In this document: in pieces, positions 1 to 11,157 of the stretch
Numbering within the stretch: position 1 is the first letter of the stretch
Layout of the letters: each line of letters begins with the position of its first letter
Assembly (NCBI RefSeq): GCF_964213995.1
Contig: NC_135803.1
Span: 126,728,001-126,792,000 of the forward strand
Length of the DNA stretch: 64,000 bases
From: Mustelus asterias
Taxonomy: Eukaryota
Reading direction: 5' to 3'
Made by a program: the position numbers and the translations under genes
The notes under the pieces: generated by a model
The model's database searches: none
The model's input: only the letters and a program-made list of their open reading frames with translations
Told to the model about the DNA's origin: nothing

Positions 1-1139
1 GAGTTTTGACTGGCCACCAAATTCTCCGTTCTCATTGGCAGCGGTGGTGGGGCAAAAGAGATCGGAGAATCCCAGGCCTCTATCTACAGAATGGGAGGGG
101 GGAAGAGAAAAGGATGAGGAATTAAAATAAAATTTGACGGCTAATCATTCACTTTCTAATAATAGTCAGCCGTTTATGCAGACTAAAATCATGCTGGTGG
201 TGGCCGGACAGTGAAGAGTGTTCCCTTCTGCAGTGGATGGGAGCCTGCCTTTCCTAACTCCACAACAAATAATCTGTCAATCCAAATATGCTTTCTATTT
301 GCAGCACTGTGCAAATAGAAGCAATGGGCATCTTTCAGTGTTGCATAAACATGCTGTGAATATTTCTCATTCCTCTTTTACCCTTTTGTCCATTTTGTTG
401 CCTTTGTAACTAGTGCCCCTAAAAGGAAGCTGATCCCCCTCAGCTCACTGTTCTCCTCCAACTCTAATCTTGATGGTTTTAGAGCCGTGTTCAGCATCAT
501 GGCCAATATTATCAGCCCAGCCAGTTCCTTCAAACTGAGAAAACAAATCCTTCAAAGAACCTAATGACGTTCTTGCCATTACCCTTCAGGTTTATGCCTG
601 CAAATTTGAGATGCACAACGTTTTGAGAAAATAGTCTGCATAACCTATCACTCCCTTTCTGTTTTGACCATAGTTCTACACTGATCCTGCTGGTGACGTT
701 GCTGAGCTGCAAGTCAATTTTCAGTTGCACCATCAGCAGAAAGTTGATTGTAAAGGATGATAAAAGTTACAACATGGAGGGCAGCCATTCAGCCCATCAT
801 GCTTCTACTAGAGCTACATCTTCAACTGGCACTGACTATTCCAGCGCCATTTCCCTCACCCTTTCTTGCATCCTTTTTCAAATACTTAGCGATTAGGTGG
901 GAAACTGATCAGTGGCTTAAGTGCATCATTGGAAGAATGGTGTGGGAATATAAAATCAGAAGAACAAGAAGCTGGAGTGGGCCATTTGACAGTTCTAGTC
1001 TGCCTCGCCATTTGATAAGATCGTGGCTGCTGCTCTTATCCCTCAATTCCACTGGGAAAACTGGAGCTGTTCCACTGGGACAGACTCCACTTGAACCAGA
1101 CTTGTCCCAGTTTCCTGGTGAATTAACTAGGAAGGTAAA

Positions 1140-2488
1140 TAGAAACTAGCAGCAGGAGTAGGCCATTCAGCCCTTCGAGCCTGCTCCACCATTCATTTTG
1201 ATCATGGCTGATTATCGAATTTGATATCCTGATTTTTTTTTTCCCCCCTTCCTCCCCCATAATCCCTCGATCTCTTTAGCCCCAAGATCTATATCTAATT
1301 TCTTCTTGAAATCAGACAACGCTTTAGCCTCAACTACATTCTGTGGTAGTGAATTCCACACATTCACCACCCTCTGGTTAAAGAAATTTCTCCTCACCTC
1401 AGTTCTAAAACTCAAACTATGACCCCGAGTTCCGGACTCCCCCATCATTGGGAACATTCTTTTTGAATCTACCCTATCTAACCCTGTTAGAAGTTTGTAA
1501 GTTTCTATGAGATCCCCTGATACTCTTCTAAAGTCCAGTGAAAATAATCCTAACCGACTTTGTCTCTCCTCATATGACAGACCTGCCATCCCAGGAATCA
1601 GTCTGGTAAACCTTCGCTGTACTCCCTCTATAGCAAGGACATCCTTCCTCCAATAAGGACACCAAAACTGCACACAATACTCTAGGTATGGCCTCACCAA
1701 CACACTATACAATTGCAGCAAACATCCCGATCCCTATACTTAAATCCTCTTGCTATGAAGGCCAGCATACCATTTGCCTTCTTTACTGCCTGCTGTACCT
1801 GCGTGCTTACGTTCAGCAACTGATGCACATGGACACCAAAGTCTCGCTGAGTATCCACCTCTCTCAATTTACACCCCTTAAAGTAATAATCTGTCTTCCT
1901 ATTATTGCTACCAAAGTGGATAACCTCACATTTATCCACATTATACTGCAGATGCCCACACACTCTGTCCAAATCACGCTGAAGAATCTATGCATCTTCC
2001 TCACAGCTCATCTTCCCACCCACTTTTGTATCATTTGCAAATTTGGGGATGATACATTCAGTTCCCTCTTCCCTGCGGAACTCCACTAGTCACTGACTGC
2101 CAATCAGAAAAAGACCCATTTATGCCATCTCTTTGCTTCCTATCTGCTAACCAGCTTTCTATCCATCTAGGACGTTACCTGCAATCCCAAGTGCTTTAAC
2201 TTTACATAGTAGTGTGTTATGTGAGACCTTGTCAAAAGCCTTCTGAAAGTCTAAATAAACCACATCCACTGGTTCTCCTTGGTCAACTTTGCTCATTACA
2301 TCCTCAAAGAATTCCAATAGATTTATCAAGCATGATTTCCCTTTTATAAATCAATGCTGACTTTGTCTGATTATAGTCCAAATGCTGAGTTATGAAATCC
2401 TTGATAATGGACTTTAGCAACTTCCCCAGTAACAACATTAGACTCAGTGGTCTAAAGTTCCCTATTTTCTCTCTACCTCCCTTTTTTT
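1140..2488 (-). mobile_element. CR1 LINE, 5'-truncated and decayed (RT plus 3' UTR)
   Basis: ORFs 1212-1721 and 1694-1972 encode the CR1 ORF2 C-terminus (LVRPYLEYCVQFW, QRRFTRLIPG); CR1 3' tail at ~1140-1210. Confidence 0.9.
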
Positions 2489-2559
2489 AATGCCTCCACT
2501 TGGGGGAGCCCTTTCAGTCCTTGAGTGCGATGAGTCTGTTCTCTGGATTTGTAGTGTGA

Positions 2560-3170
2560 AGTGATCTCATTGAAATGTATAAAATTCTTAGTAGGCTTGA
2601 CTGGGTAGATGGTGAGAGATATTTCCCTTGGCTGGAGAACCTAGAACTAATAGTCAAAGACTTGGGAGAATGGGTAGGCAATTTAGATTTGAGATTAGGA
2701 GAAACCTCTTCACTGAGTGTTATGAAGCTTTGGAATTCTCCATATCAGAGGATTGTGGTTGCTCAGTTGGACTATATTTAAAATTGATATTGAGGTAGCA
2801 TGGCCCCTTTAATGGGCAATCCTTCGCAGGTCATATGACCAGGCCAGAACCAATGCAGCAAGGTCATACAAAGCTGGGCCTATTGGGAGAGAGGACGTGC
2901 ATCCCAGCGCCTGGGAGGCTGCAGTTGGAGTCAGGGTGTTGTTAGTAGACCTGTATAGTTGTGCTGTAAACCCTTTTGTTTTATATAGTTCTTCTCAATC
3001 GATAAATTCTTTAGTTTGTTACTTGCCACTTCGAGTGGCCTTGAGTTATTACGGATATCTATAGATTCTTGGGCATCAAGGGATAATGTGGGAAAGTGTA
3101 GCTGATACACGAGTTTAGTTATGATCTTATCTTCAATGGTGGAGCAAGCTCCTGTTTCCTTTCTGCTTAT
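2560..3170 (+). mobile_element. Old CR1 3' fragment interrupted by a solo LTR
   Basis: GDLIEMYKIL-type sequence and a CR1 3' UTR on both sides of 2791-3053. Confidence 0.65.
2791..3053 (+). mobile_element. Solo LTR-like insertion (263 bp)
   Basis: Starts TG, ends TTACG (CA end mutated), flanked by the 5-bp direct repeat GATAT (2786-2790, 3054-3058); interrupts an otherwise continuous CR1 3' end. Confidence 0.65.
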
Positions 3171-3849
3171 AAAAATGATCCCATTTCAGAATATATCCAT
3201 TAGCCTGAATGTTATGCTGCTGTTCTCCATTAAACATTGTTAATATTTTTAGGAGCCTTGTGCCCGATCCAGGTTACTTTCCTGAGTAGAGCTGGTTAAG
3301 CACGTCTTTGTCTTTGCCCCTGTTCATCGATCCATTTACAGGTTAATAAATCTCAAACATCGAGCAGGCTGATGTCCAAATTGGGGTGAAAGATTCAGCT
3401 GATGTTCAGTTGATAAAATACTGAATTAGTAACTGCGGACCTCTCTGGCAAATAAACAATACCCTGGCAGACCATGTAACTCTGACTGCAAAATACAAAA
3501 CAAGAAATAAAATTGGCAGAATTCAAATAATATCAAAGATAAGTATGGTCCGACTTGCAAAGTCTGTATTGAAAATAATGATTTCAAAACTTCTCATGGC
3601 TGGAAAACAAATTTGAGAAGAAAAGTCTGTGTAAAATTAGACAATGTTTCTATTTGCCTTAGTTTGGCAGCTGTATGGCAAAGCAGATATTTACTCAACG
3701 GACATTGATATGGGAATTTCATAATAGCCAAACTGGAACAAGGGCTGAACCAATATGATATCTTTACAATAGACAAAGTTGCAATCAGAACAGAAACTGA
3801 ACAGCAACACATGGGAGATCATTTTGGAAGAGGGCTTACTTTTCACAAA

Positions 3850-4178
3850 GATAAAAACATTGTAGATGCTGGAACTCTGAAATCAAGGCAGAAAGAAATG
3901 TTGGAAGTATTCAGCATGTCAAGGCAGTACATGTGGAGAGAAACATCGATTGAACGTTTCCAGGTTCTTTTTGTTTCAGCAGACTGGAAAAGGCTAGAGA
4001 GGTGATCAGATTTAAGCAAGTACAGAGGCAGGGAAAGTGGTGGTGGAGGGGTGGAAAGAACAAAAGAGGATTAGTAATAGATAAAGGCAAATTACTGTGG
4101 ATGCTGGAATCTGAAACAAAAACAGAAAATGCAGGAAAATCTCAGTGGACCTGACAACATCTGTAGAGAGAGAATAGA
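3850..4178 (-). mobile_element. Decayed Penelope-like family-2 terminal fragments
   Basis: Two copies of the GATGCTGGAATCTGAAACAAAAACAGAAAATGCTGG terminus also seen at ~5995-6095 and 30505-30632. The second copy continues at 4723-4790 after a family-1 insertion. Family assignment is by inference. Confidence 0.55.
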
Positions 4179-4722
4179 CATGATGTGGAGGTGCCGGCGT
4201 TGGACTGGGGTAAGCACAGTAAGAAGTCTCACAACACCAGGTTAAAGTCCAACAGGTTTATTTGGTAGCACAAGCCACAAGCTTTCGGAGCACTGCCCCT
4301 TCATCAGGTGAGTGGGAGTTGTGTTCACAAATAGGGCATATATAGACACAAACTCAATTTACAAGATAATGGTTGGAATGCAAGTCTTTACAGGTGATTA
4401 AGTCTTAAAGGTACAGACAATGTGAGTGCAGAGAGGGTTAAGCACAGGTTAAAGAGATGTGTATTGTCTCCAGCCAGGACAGTTAGTGAGATTTTGCAAG
4501 CCCAGGCAAGTCGTGGGGGTTACAGATAGTGTGACATGAACCCAAGATCCCGGTTGAGGCCGTCCTCGTGTGCGGAACTTGGCTATCAGTTTCTGCTCAG
4601 CGACTCTGCGTTGTCGTGTGTTGTGAAGGCCGCCTTGGAGAACGCTTACCCGAAGATCAGAGGCTGAATGCCTGTGACTGCTGAAGAGTTCCCCAACAGG
4701 AAGAGAACACTCCTGCCTGGTG
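4179..4722 (-). mobile_element. Penelope-like element (family 1) 3' fragment
   Basis: Homologous to the left arm at 25991-26439 (end of the GIY-YIG coding region plus 3' region); has the same terminal GATGTGGAG.TGCCGGCGTTGGACTGGGGT tail. Confidence 0.85.
4276..4310 (-). ncRNA. Minimal hammerhead ribozyme motif in Penelope-like element
   Basis: Minus strand reads CAC-CUGAUGA-A-GGGGC-AGU-GCUCC-GAAA-GCUU-GUG. Confidence 0.7.
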
Positions 4723-5994
4723 AATCGAGCCAGTGTTTCACATCAGGAAGACCCTTCACAGAGCTGCTGAAATTTTCCAGCATTTTCAGGATTAGTAATA
4801 GGGTGGAAAGCAGGTGGGATTAAATGCCAAAAAGAGGTGATGGTGAAAGGCAGAAGACTGTGCTAATTGGATAAGTTTTTTTAAAAAAATGGGTGTCGAG
4901 GAGATGTGAATAGCTGCAGCAAAATATCAGAAGAGGGAGAAGGTTTGGGAAGTCTGACGAGAGGAGAGGTCCCTGTGGCCTGGAACTGCGACAAATGAAA
5001 GGCCGGTGGATCCCAGGAGTGCCGCCCACCTTGCCAGCCATGTACTGATACGGAATTCCCACTCCTTTGCACCTGTTACTAGTGACTATGGTACAGCTAT
5101 TTCCATTGCCAGCACCTGCTATTCATGAGAAAGTAGGAAGCTTAGTGAAGGTTTAAGGTTGTTAAATTTGACTGTAAAGTACAGGGGATATAGTTTTTTC
5201 CCCAATAACTTTCCAAAGGTCCCCTGTTTTTTAGAAGTTATTAAATTCATACCAAGTTATTGTTCCACTCATGCAGACCGTTCTTCATTATTTTTGTCCA
5301 AGTAGATTTCCTTCATGTATGATTTGGGTACATAGACTATCAACAATTTCTATCAGAGACTTCACAACTGATAAATTGATTGGTGTCCTACAAATCTTGG
5401 TGTTTTCCATTCAATTGCAAGTACGGTAGTACAAATTAAACCTATTGGGACAGTCACCTACTCAATTTGTCCTTTATGTCAAGTTCATTCATCATTTGGG
5501 ATAATGGTGTTGGATATCTCCAATTAGCTTTAAGATGTTCCAAAGCAAGGGACAAGATCTGGACAAGGCTACTGCGTTTTACTATGTAGCAGAGGTCACA
5601 ACATAGCAATAATTTGCGAGGACATGGGGTAAGGATAGTTGCAGCATTGATGCAATGCACTCCCCATGTCAAATAGTCTCTTGACACAAAATCAGATAAC
5701 TTTGGAAAAGGTACCAGGCAAATATTGAGCATTACGGTTTTGTAGGTACTGCAGAGGATTAATCGTGGGGCCATTTGACATTTGGTGATATGAATATGCC
5801 ATTCAAATTGTAGTCATCCTTTGTTTCAGGTGCATGCATCAAAAATAATTCTGACAACCAGTCTCATTCTAAGTATAATAATCCTATGTAACACAAAATG
5901 CACATTTAAGTCAAAGTGGATACAAGACAATTGATAATTAACAATCTACATGGCATCAAAAGATATCACTTTGTGATTCCTAAACCACATTGGC

Positions 5995-6095
5995 TTTATT
6001 CCCTCTCCACAGATGCTGTCAGACCTGCTGAGATTTTCCGCCATTTTCTGTTTTTGTTTCAGCTTCCAGCATCCACAGTATTTTGCTTTTATCTA
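5995..6095 (+). mobile_element. Penelope-like family-2 terminal fragment
   Basis: Reverse complement of the 4081-4170 sequence. Confidence 0.55.
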
Positions 6096-6141
6096 CTAAA
6101 TATTGATCCTTTTCGGTAGCAAGCTTTACATTCCTGTTATA

Positions 6142-7304
6142 TAGAACATAGAACAGTACAGCACAGAACAGGCCCTTCGGCCCACGATGTTGTGCCGAGC
6201 TTTATCTGAAACCAAGATCAAGCTATCCCACTCCCTATCATCCTGGTGTGCTCCATGTGCCTATCCAATAACCGCTTAAATGTTCCTAAAGTGTCTGACT
6301 CCACTATCACTGCAGGCAGTCCATTTCACACCCCAACCACTCTCTGCGTAAAGAACCTACCTCTGATATCCTTCCTGTATCTCCCACCACGAACCCTATA
6401 GTTATGCCCCCTTGTAATAGCTCCATCCACCCGAGGAAATAGTCTTTGAACGTTCACTCTATCTATCCCCTTCATCATTTTATAAACCTCTATTAAGTCT
6501 CCCCTCAGCCTCCTCCGCTCCAGAGAGAACAGCCCTAGCTCCCTCAACCTTTCCTCATAAGACCTACCCTCCAAACCAGGCAGCATCCTGGTAAATCTCC
6601 TCTGCACTCTTTCCAGCGCTTCCACATCCTTCCTATAGTGAGGTGACCAGAACTGCACACAATACTCCAAATGTGGTCTCACCAAGGTCCTGTACAGTTG
6701 CAGCATAACCCCACGGCTCTTAAACTCCAACCCCCTGTTAATAAAAGCTAACACACTATAGGCCTTCTTCACAGCTCTATCCACTTGAGTGGCAACCTTT
6801 AGAGATCTGTGGATATGAACCCCAAGATCTCTCTGTTCCTCCACAGTCTTCAGAACCCTACCTTTGACCCTGTAATCCACATTTAAATTAGTCCTACCAA
6901 AATGAATCACCTCACATTTATCAGGATTAAACTCCATTTGCCATTTTTCAGCCCAGCTTTGCATCCTATCTATGTCTCTTTGCAGCCTACAACACCCCTC
7001 CACCTCATCCACTACTCCACCAATCTTGGTGTCATCAGCAAATTTACTGATCCACCCTTCAGCCCCCTCCTCTAAGTCATTAATAAAAATCACAAAGAGC
7101 AGAGGACCAAGCACTGATCCCTGCGGCACTCCGCTAGCAACCTGCCTCCAATCCGAAAATTTTCCATCGACCACCACCCTCTGTCTTCGATCAGACAGCC
7201 AGTTACCTATCCAATCGGCCAACTTTCCCTCTATCCCACACCTCCTCACTTTCATCATAAGCCGACCATGGGGGACCTTATCAAAGGCCTTACTAAAATC
7301 CATG
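6142..7304 (-). mobile_element. Young CR1 LINE, 5'-truncated
   Basis: Uninterrupted 325-aa RT ORF ([26 protein letters not shown]); ATAGAAC tail; TSD TGTTATA (6135-6141, 7316-7322). Confidence 0.95.
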
Positions 7305-7807
7305 GATACAGGCTATGTTATACAGGCTAAATAGTTTGTTAACAGCTGATTAAAGGAATTTCTGACTTACCACTGTCTGCCAGAGGTTTGTTCAAATGTT
7401 GCAGCATTTTAGCTTGTGTATTTTGTACTTCCCAGTGGTAGGGGGATGGCTCAATAGTGCCTGTGGTTGCACTGTTTCTGGATGAGGCAGTGGATGATCA
7501 TTTGTGTGTTTTCCTTCATGTGTTTGTAAGCCAAATCTAGATTAATTATAATTTAAGAATTTGTGATACATTAATTTTACTATACAAGTTGTGTAATCAT
7601 TATTTGAGCATCATCCCTCTGACTCTCACTCCCACCTGCACCATACATTTCTGCACTTAGGGGGATCTGGGACTCCAGATTCTCCACATGTGTAGCTAAC
7701 TCCTGCAAAAAGAATATACTGGGAGTGAAATTTGTCTTGACTTTCCATGGATAAAACCACTGGAGATTTGAGAGCTAATGTAATCTTTCCTTGTGTTTCT
7801 CTTGCAG

Positions 7808-7964
7808 TGGTGTGAGTTCTGAAAACAAGCCAGAACTACAACGAGTGCTGGAATACAGGCGGAGAGATCAGCTGATTCGACAAAGAAAGGAGGAAGAAGA
7901 GGCACGCAAAATGAAATCGCCTTTTGAACTTCAGCTCCTGAAAAGGCAGCAAAGATTAGAGCAG
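7808..7964 (+). CDS. FAM107A: FAM107A (DRR1/TU3A) penultimate coding exon
   Basis: Acceptor cttgcag| and donor CAG|gttaga. Translates [52 protein letters not shown], the FAM107 family ([11 protein letters not shown]) signature. A rather than B inferred from the neighbouring ACOX2, as in human 3p14. Confidence 0.88.
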
Positions 7965-8537
7965 GTTAGAATGAGCAGATGTTCTGGAGAATTTTGTTTG
8001 TTCAGTAATATCTGTTATCGCATGCTCATTCTCCAGACTGCTTGTTCAAAGTTAGGCTATGTGACTTTTTTTAAGCTGGAAAGCTGTATCAGTCTCATCA
8101 GGAAAACTAATTAATGTTATATTTCTGTGAGTAAATTGCATTGCTTTAGTATTACCCCAAGAAATCTAACTTGCCTAGTAATATATTGGCATGCCATGTT
8201 GATGGAACAGAATTGAATGTAAAAAATGATTTAGAAACTGTTTAAAACTAGCCAGATGGGCCACAAATGTTATTAATTGAACAAATCCAAAAAACTTGTT
8301 CAAAGACTTTTTTCCCCACCTACCCGACACTCTAGCCCCAGTCTTCACAATCCTCTGTCTTTCCTCCAAATTCTATTTGGTGCTCCTCTGCTCCAGGGCA
8401 GCACCTCCATCGCTACGATACAAGAGAAAGCAAAGGGGATAGAGACACAAGTGGAGAGACATATATTGGCACAGAGAGATTGGAGTGGGAGAGAAAAAAA
8501 ATGAAATAAAGAGCAAGAAAAAAGATCGCTAGCAAGT

Positions 8538-8795
8538 GAATTGAGGAGGAACTTCTTCACCCAAAAGGTTGTGAGTCTGTGGAATTTTCTGCCCAGTGAA
8601 GCTGTTGAGGCTACCTCGTTGAATGTTTTTAAGGCAAACATAGATTTTTGAACAGTAAGGAATTAAGGGTTTTTGTGAGTGGGTGGTTAAGTGGAGCTGA
8701 GTCCATGAAAAGATCTGCCATGATCTTATTGAATGGCAGAGCAGGCTCGAGGAGCCAGATGGCCTACTTCTGCTCCTAGTTTTTAACTTCTTATG
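8538..8795 (+). mobile_element. CR1 3' end fragment
   Basis: RNFFTQ.VV.LWN coding remnant plus 3' UTR; same subfamily as 53378-54186. Confidence 0.85.
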
Positions 8796-8836
8796 ATATG
8801 TTTGCCAATTCGAGTATTTAATTGTTTACATGCCTT

Positions 8837-8954
8837 GGGTGGAATTTTGTGATGGTGGGGGCAGGGCAGGAAATGTAATGATCCATTCAGAAGTCGCTTG
8901 ATTTTGGCAGGACATGAAGATCCTGCCGGTGGGAAGGTCTGTAAAATTCTGCCC
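8837..8954. mobile_element. Small MITE-like element
   Basis: Terminal inverted repeats GGGTGGAATTTT ... AAAATTCTGCCC; a similar terminus is present at positions 1-78. Confidence 0.5.
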
Positions 8955-9161
8955 AAAGACTCTAAAAGGATACAGGCACACAAGTTTCCCTGAGTTTTTA
9001 CAAAAAAAAAGTCTTTATTGGAATTAACCTGCCAACAATAATAAAAACATTCCAATTTTCATGCACGCACACACCCACTCAAAGCTCACATTCATATCAA
9101 TGTACAAATTAGGAGCAGGAATAGGTCACTCAGCCTTTGAGCCTACTCCACCATTGAGTAA

Positions 9162-9280
9162 TGATGTGGACATGCCTGTGTTGGACTGGTGTGGGCACAG
9201 TAAGAAGTTTCAATATCAGGTTAAAGTCCAACAGGTTTATTTGGAATTACGAGCTTTCGGAGCGCTGCTCCTTCTGTGAT
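9162..9280 (-). mobile_element. Penelope-like family-1 short 3' fragment
   Basis: Same tail and GGTTAAAGTCCAACAGGTTTATT segment; truncated inside the hammerhead; imperfect TSD CATTGAGTAA/CATTCAGTAA; inserted in an old CR1 tail. Confidence 0.8.
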
Positions 9281-10239
9281 CATTCAGTAAGATCATGATC
9301 GATTGGACGGTAACCCACCCCACATTCCTACCTATTCCCAGTAACGTTTCTCTGTCAAACAATAGGCAGGGCTCAAAACTTGCAAGTTGGATTGAAAGAG
9401 CGAGGGGGGACCCACACGGTCTTGCTTCTTCACCATCTGATTTGCTTGTGCGCTAGTCTGCAGAGAAAATAGGTATTTAAACACTTACGTCATTTTTAAT
9501 TAGTGGTTTCCAGCCAGTAAATTCATGACGTCATTTTTCTTTCTTGTGAAGCATGAAACCCCAGTATAAGTTGAGGAGTGGGGCAACCAGCAGGGACCAG
9601 GAAGTGCAGGTTGGCAGCAAGTAACAGCAGCCAGGATGATACATGCACCAATAATGCATATGCGGAATCTTTGTCCCAGTTCACCGGTAGGAGAACCTGG
9701 GAGACTGGAAACTCTTGACTCAATCCAAAAAGATTGCAATTCCAGTTTAATCAGTTGCAAAAGCTCATCCAGTCACTGCAGCTTTTGCAGGTTAGGTGCT
9801 TGCTTGAAAGAAAACATCAAGAGATTGTTGATATTTTTGGCAACTAGCCAAAAGTAGAAAATGCAACAAATACATTGATTAGAATGTTCATTAGCACCTT
9901 TTTTTCATGGATATTTTCAACTAAGTTTATTAAATTTGAAAAAATAGTCCATCTCCTAGAGATTGTTCATATTGGCGTTTGTTCCCCAGGTTGGCCTCGG
10001 TTGAAGGGTGTACTAGAATCATTCAACAGCTTTCATAATTGACTGCAACTTTTTAAATACCATATCCCATAGATATGGTCACGCCTAGTGCAGTGGCGTT
10101 TTAACAGTTCAAAAGTAGAATGAATTTGCCTTATAATGCAGTTCACAACCATGCTTTTTACAGTTGGCCATAATAGGACTCGAACTCTCAATTCAAATGC
10201 CTCATGCCCATAGTTTGAAAAAAATAGTTCTTCAGAAAA

Positions 10240-10595
10240 AGTGATCAAACGTTGATTTGATAGAGGTATTCAGATTCACGAGAGGTCTGAACAAAGTAGA
10301 TAGAAAGAAACCATTACCATTGGTGGAAAAATGCAAAACAGAATTGGCAAAAGAAGCAATGGCAACATGAGGAAAACCTTTGTCCACATGGCATAAGTTT
10401 AGGATCTGGAATGTACTGCCCGTGTATATGATCAATTGGGGCTATCAAAAGGGAATTGGATTGTTATCTGAACAGGGGAAAAAAAGCAGGGCTATGGGAG
10501 AAGGCTGGGGAGTGGCATTAGATATATTAACACTTCAAGGGCGAGCACAGACGCAATGGGACAAATGGCCTTCTTCCATGCTGTAATCAACCGTG
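10240..10595 (+). mobile_element. Old CR1 3' fragment
   Basis: Degenerate DLIEVF / IWN.LP coding remnant and a GGCCTTCTTCCATGCTGTAA tail. Confidence 0.6.
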
Positions 10596-10692
10596 ATCAA
10601 TTATTCTGATTTAGCAACAATATTCACTCCCTGAAATATTGGCCAAGGTATAAAATCATAAGCGTGGTGAAAATTAAAGAGGATTGTTACAG

Positions 10693-11001
10693 TTTAAAGT
10701 TTATTTATTAGTGTCACAAGTAGGCTTACATTAACACTGCAATGAAGTTACTGGGAAAATCCCCCAGTTGCCACACTCTGGCACCTGTTCAGGTACACTG
10801 AGGGAGAATTTAGCATAGCCAATGCACCTAACCAGCACGTCTTTCAAACTGTGGGAGGAAACTGGAGCACCCGGAGGAAACCCACACGGACACGGGGAGA
10901 ACGTGCAAACTCCACACGGACAGTGACCCAAGCCGGGAATCGAATCAGGTCCCTGGTGCTGTGAGGCAGCAGTGCTAACCACTGTGTCACCATGCCACCC
11001 C
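10693..11001 (-). mobile_element. tRNA-derived V-SINE, tail type B
   Basis: tRNA-like head (GGTGACACAGTGGTTAGCAC...GATTCGATTCC), V-domain GGGTTTCCTCCGGGTGCTCC.GTTTCCTCCCAC, tail ending GTAAGCCTACTTGTGACACTAATAAA. Confidence 0.85.
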
Positions 11002-11157
11002 AATTAAAATCAAATTAAATTGAAAGAATATTGAATATTTTTCATTTAAATTGCGGGGAAAAAATAAACTTGGTAGTTTTGGATTATGAGCAGGGGGTGA
11101 TGCAGTCTGTTCTGGGAAATTTTCCAGTGTTCCCAATGGGTTAATAATGTTTAAAGT

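Noticed and set aside
1-7807. Additional upstream FAM107A exon
   Set aside because: No sequence encoding the expected LIKPKKL.NP...HQ.LHRELL segment was found; it probably lies before the window.
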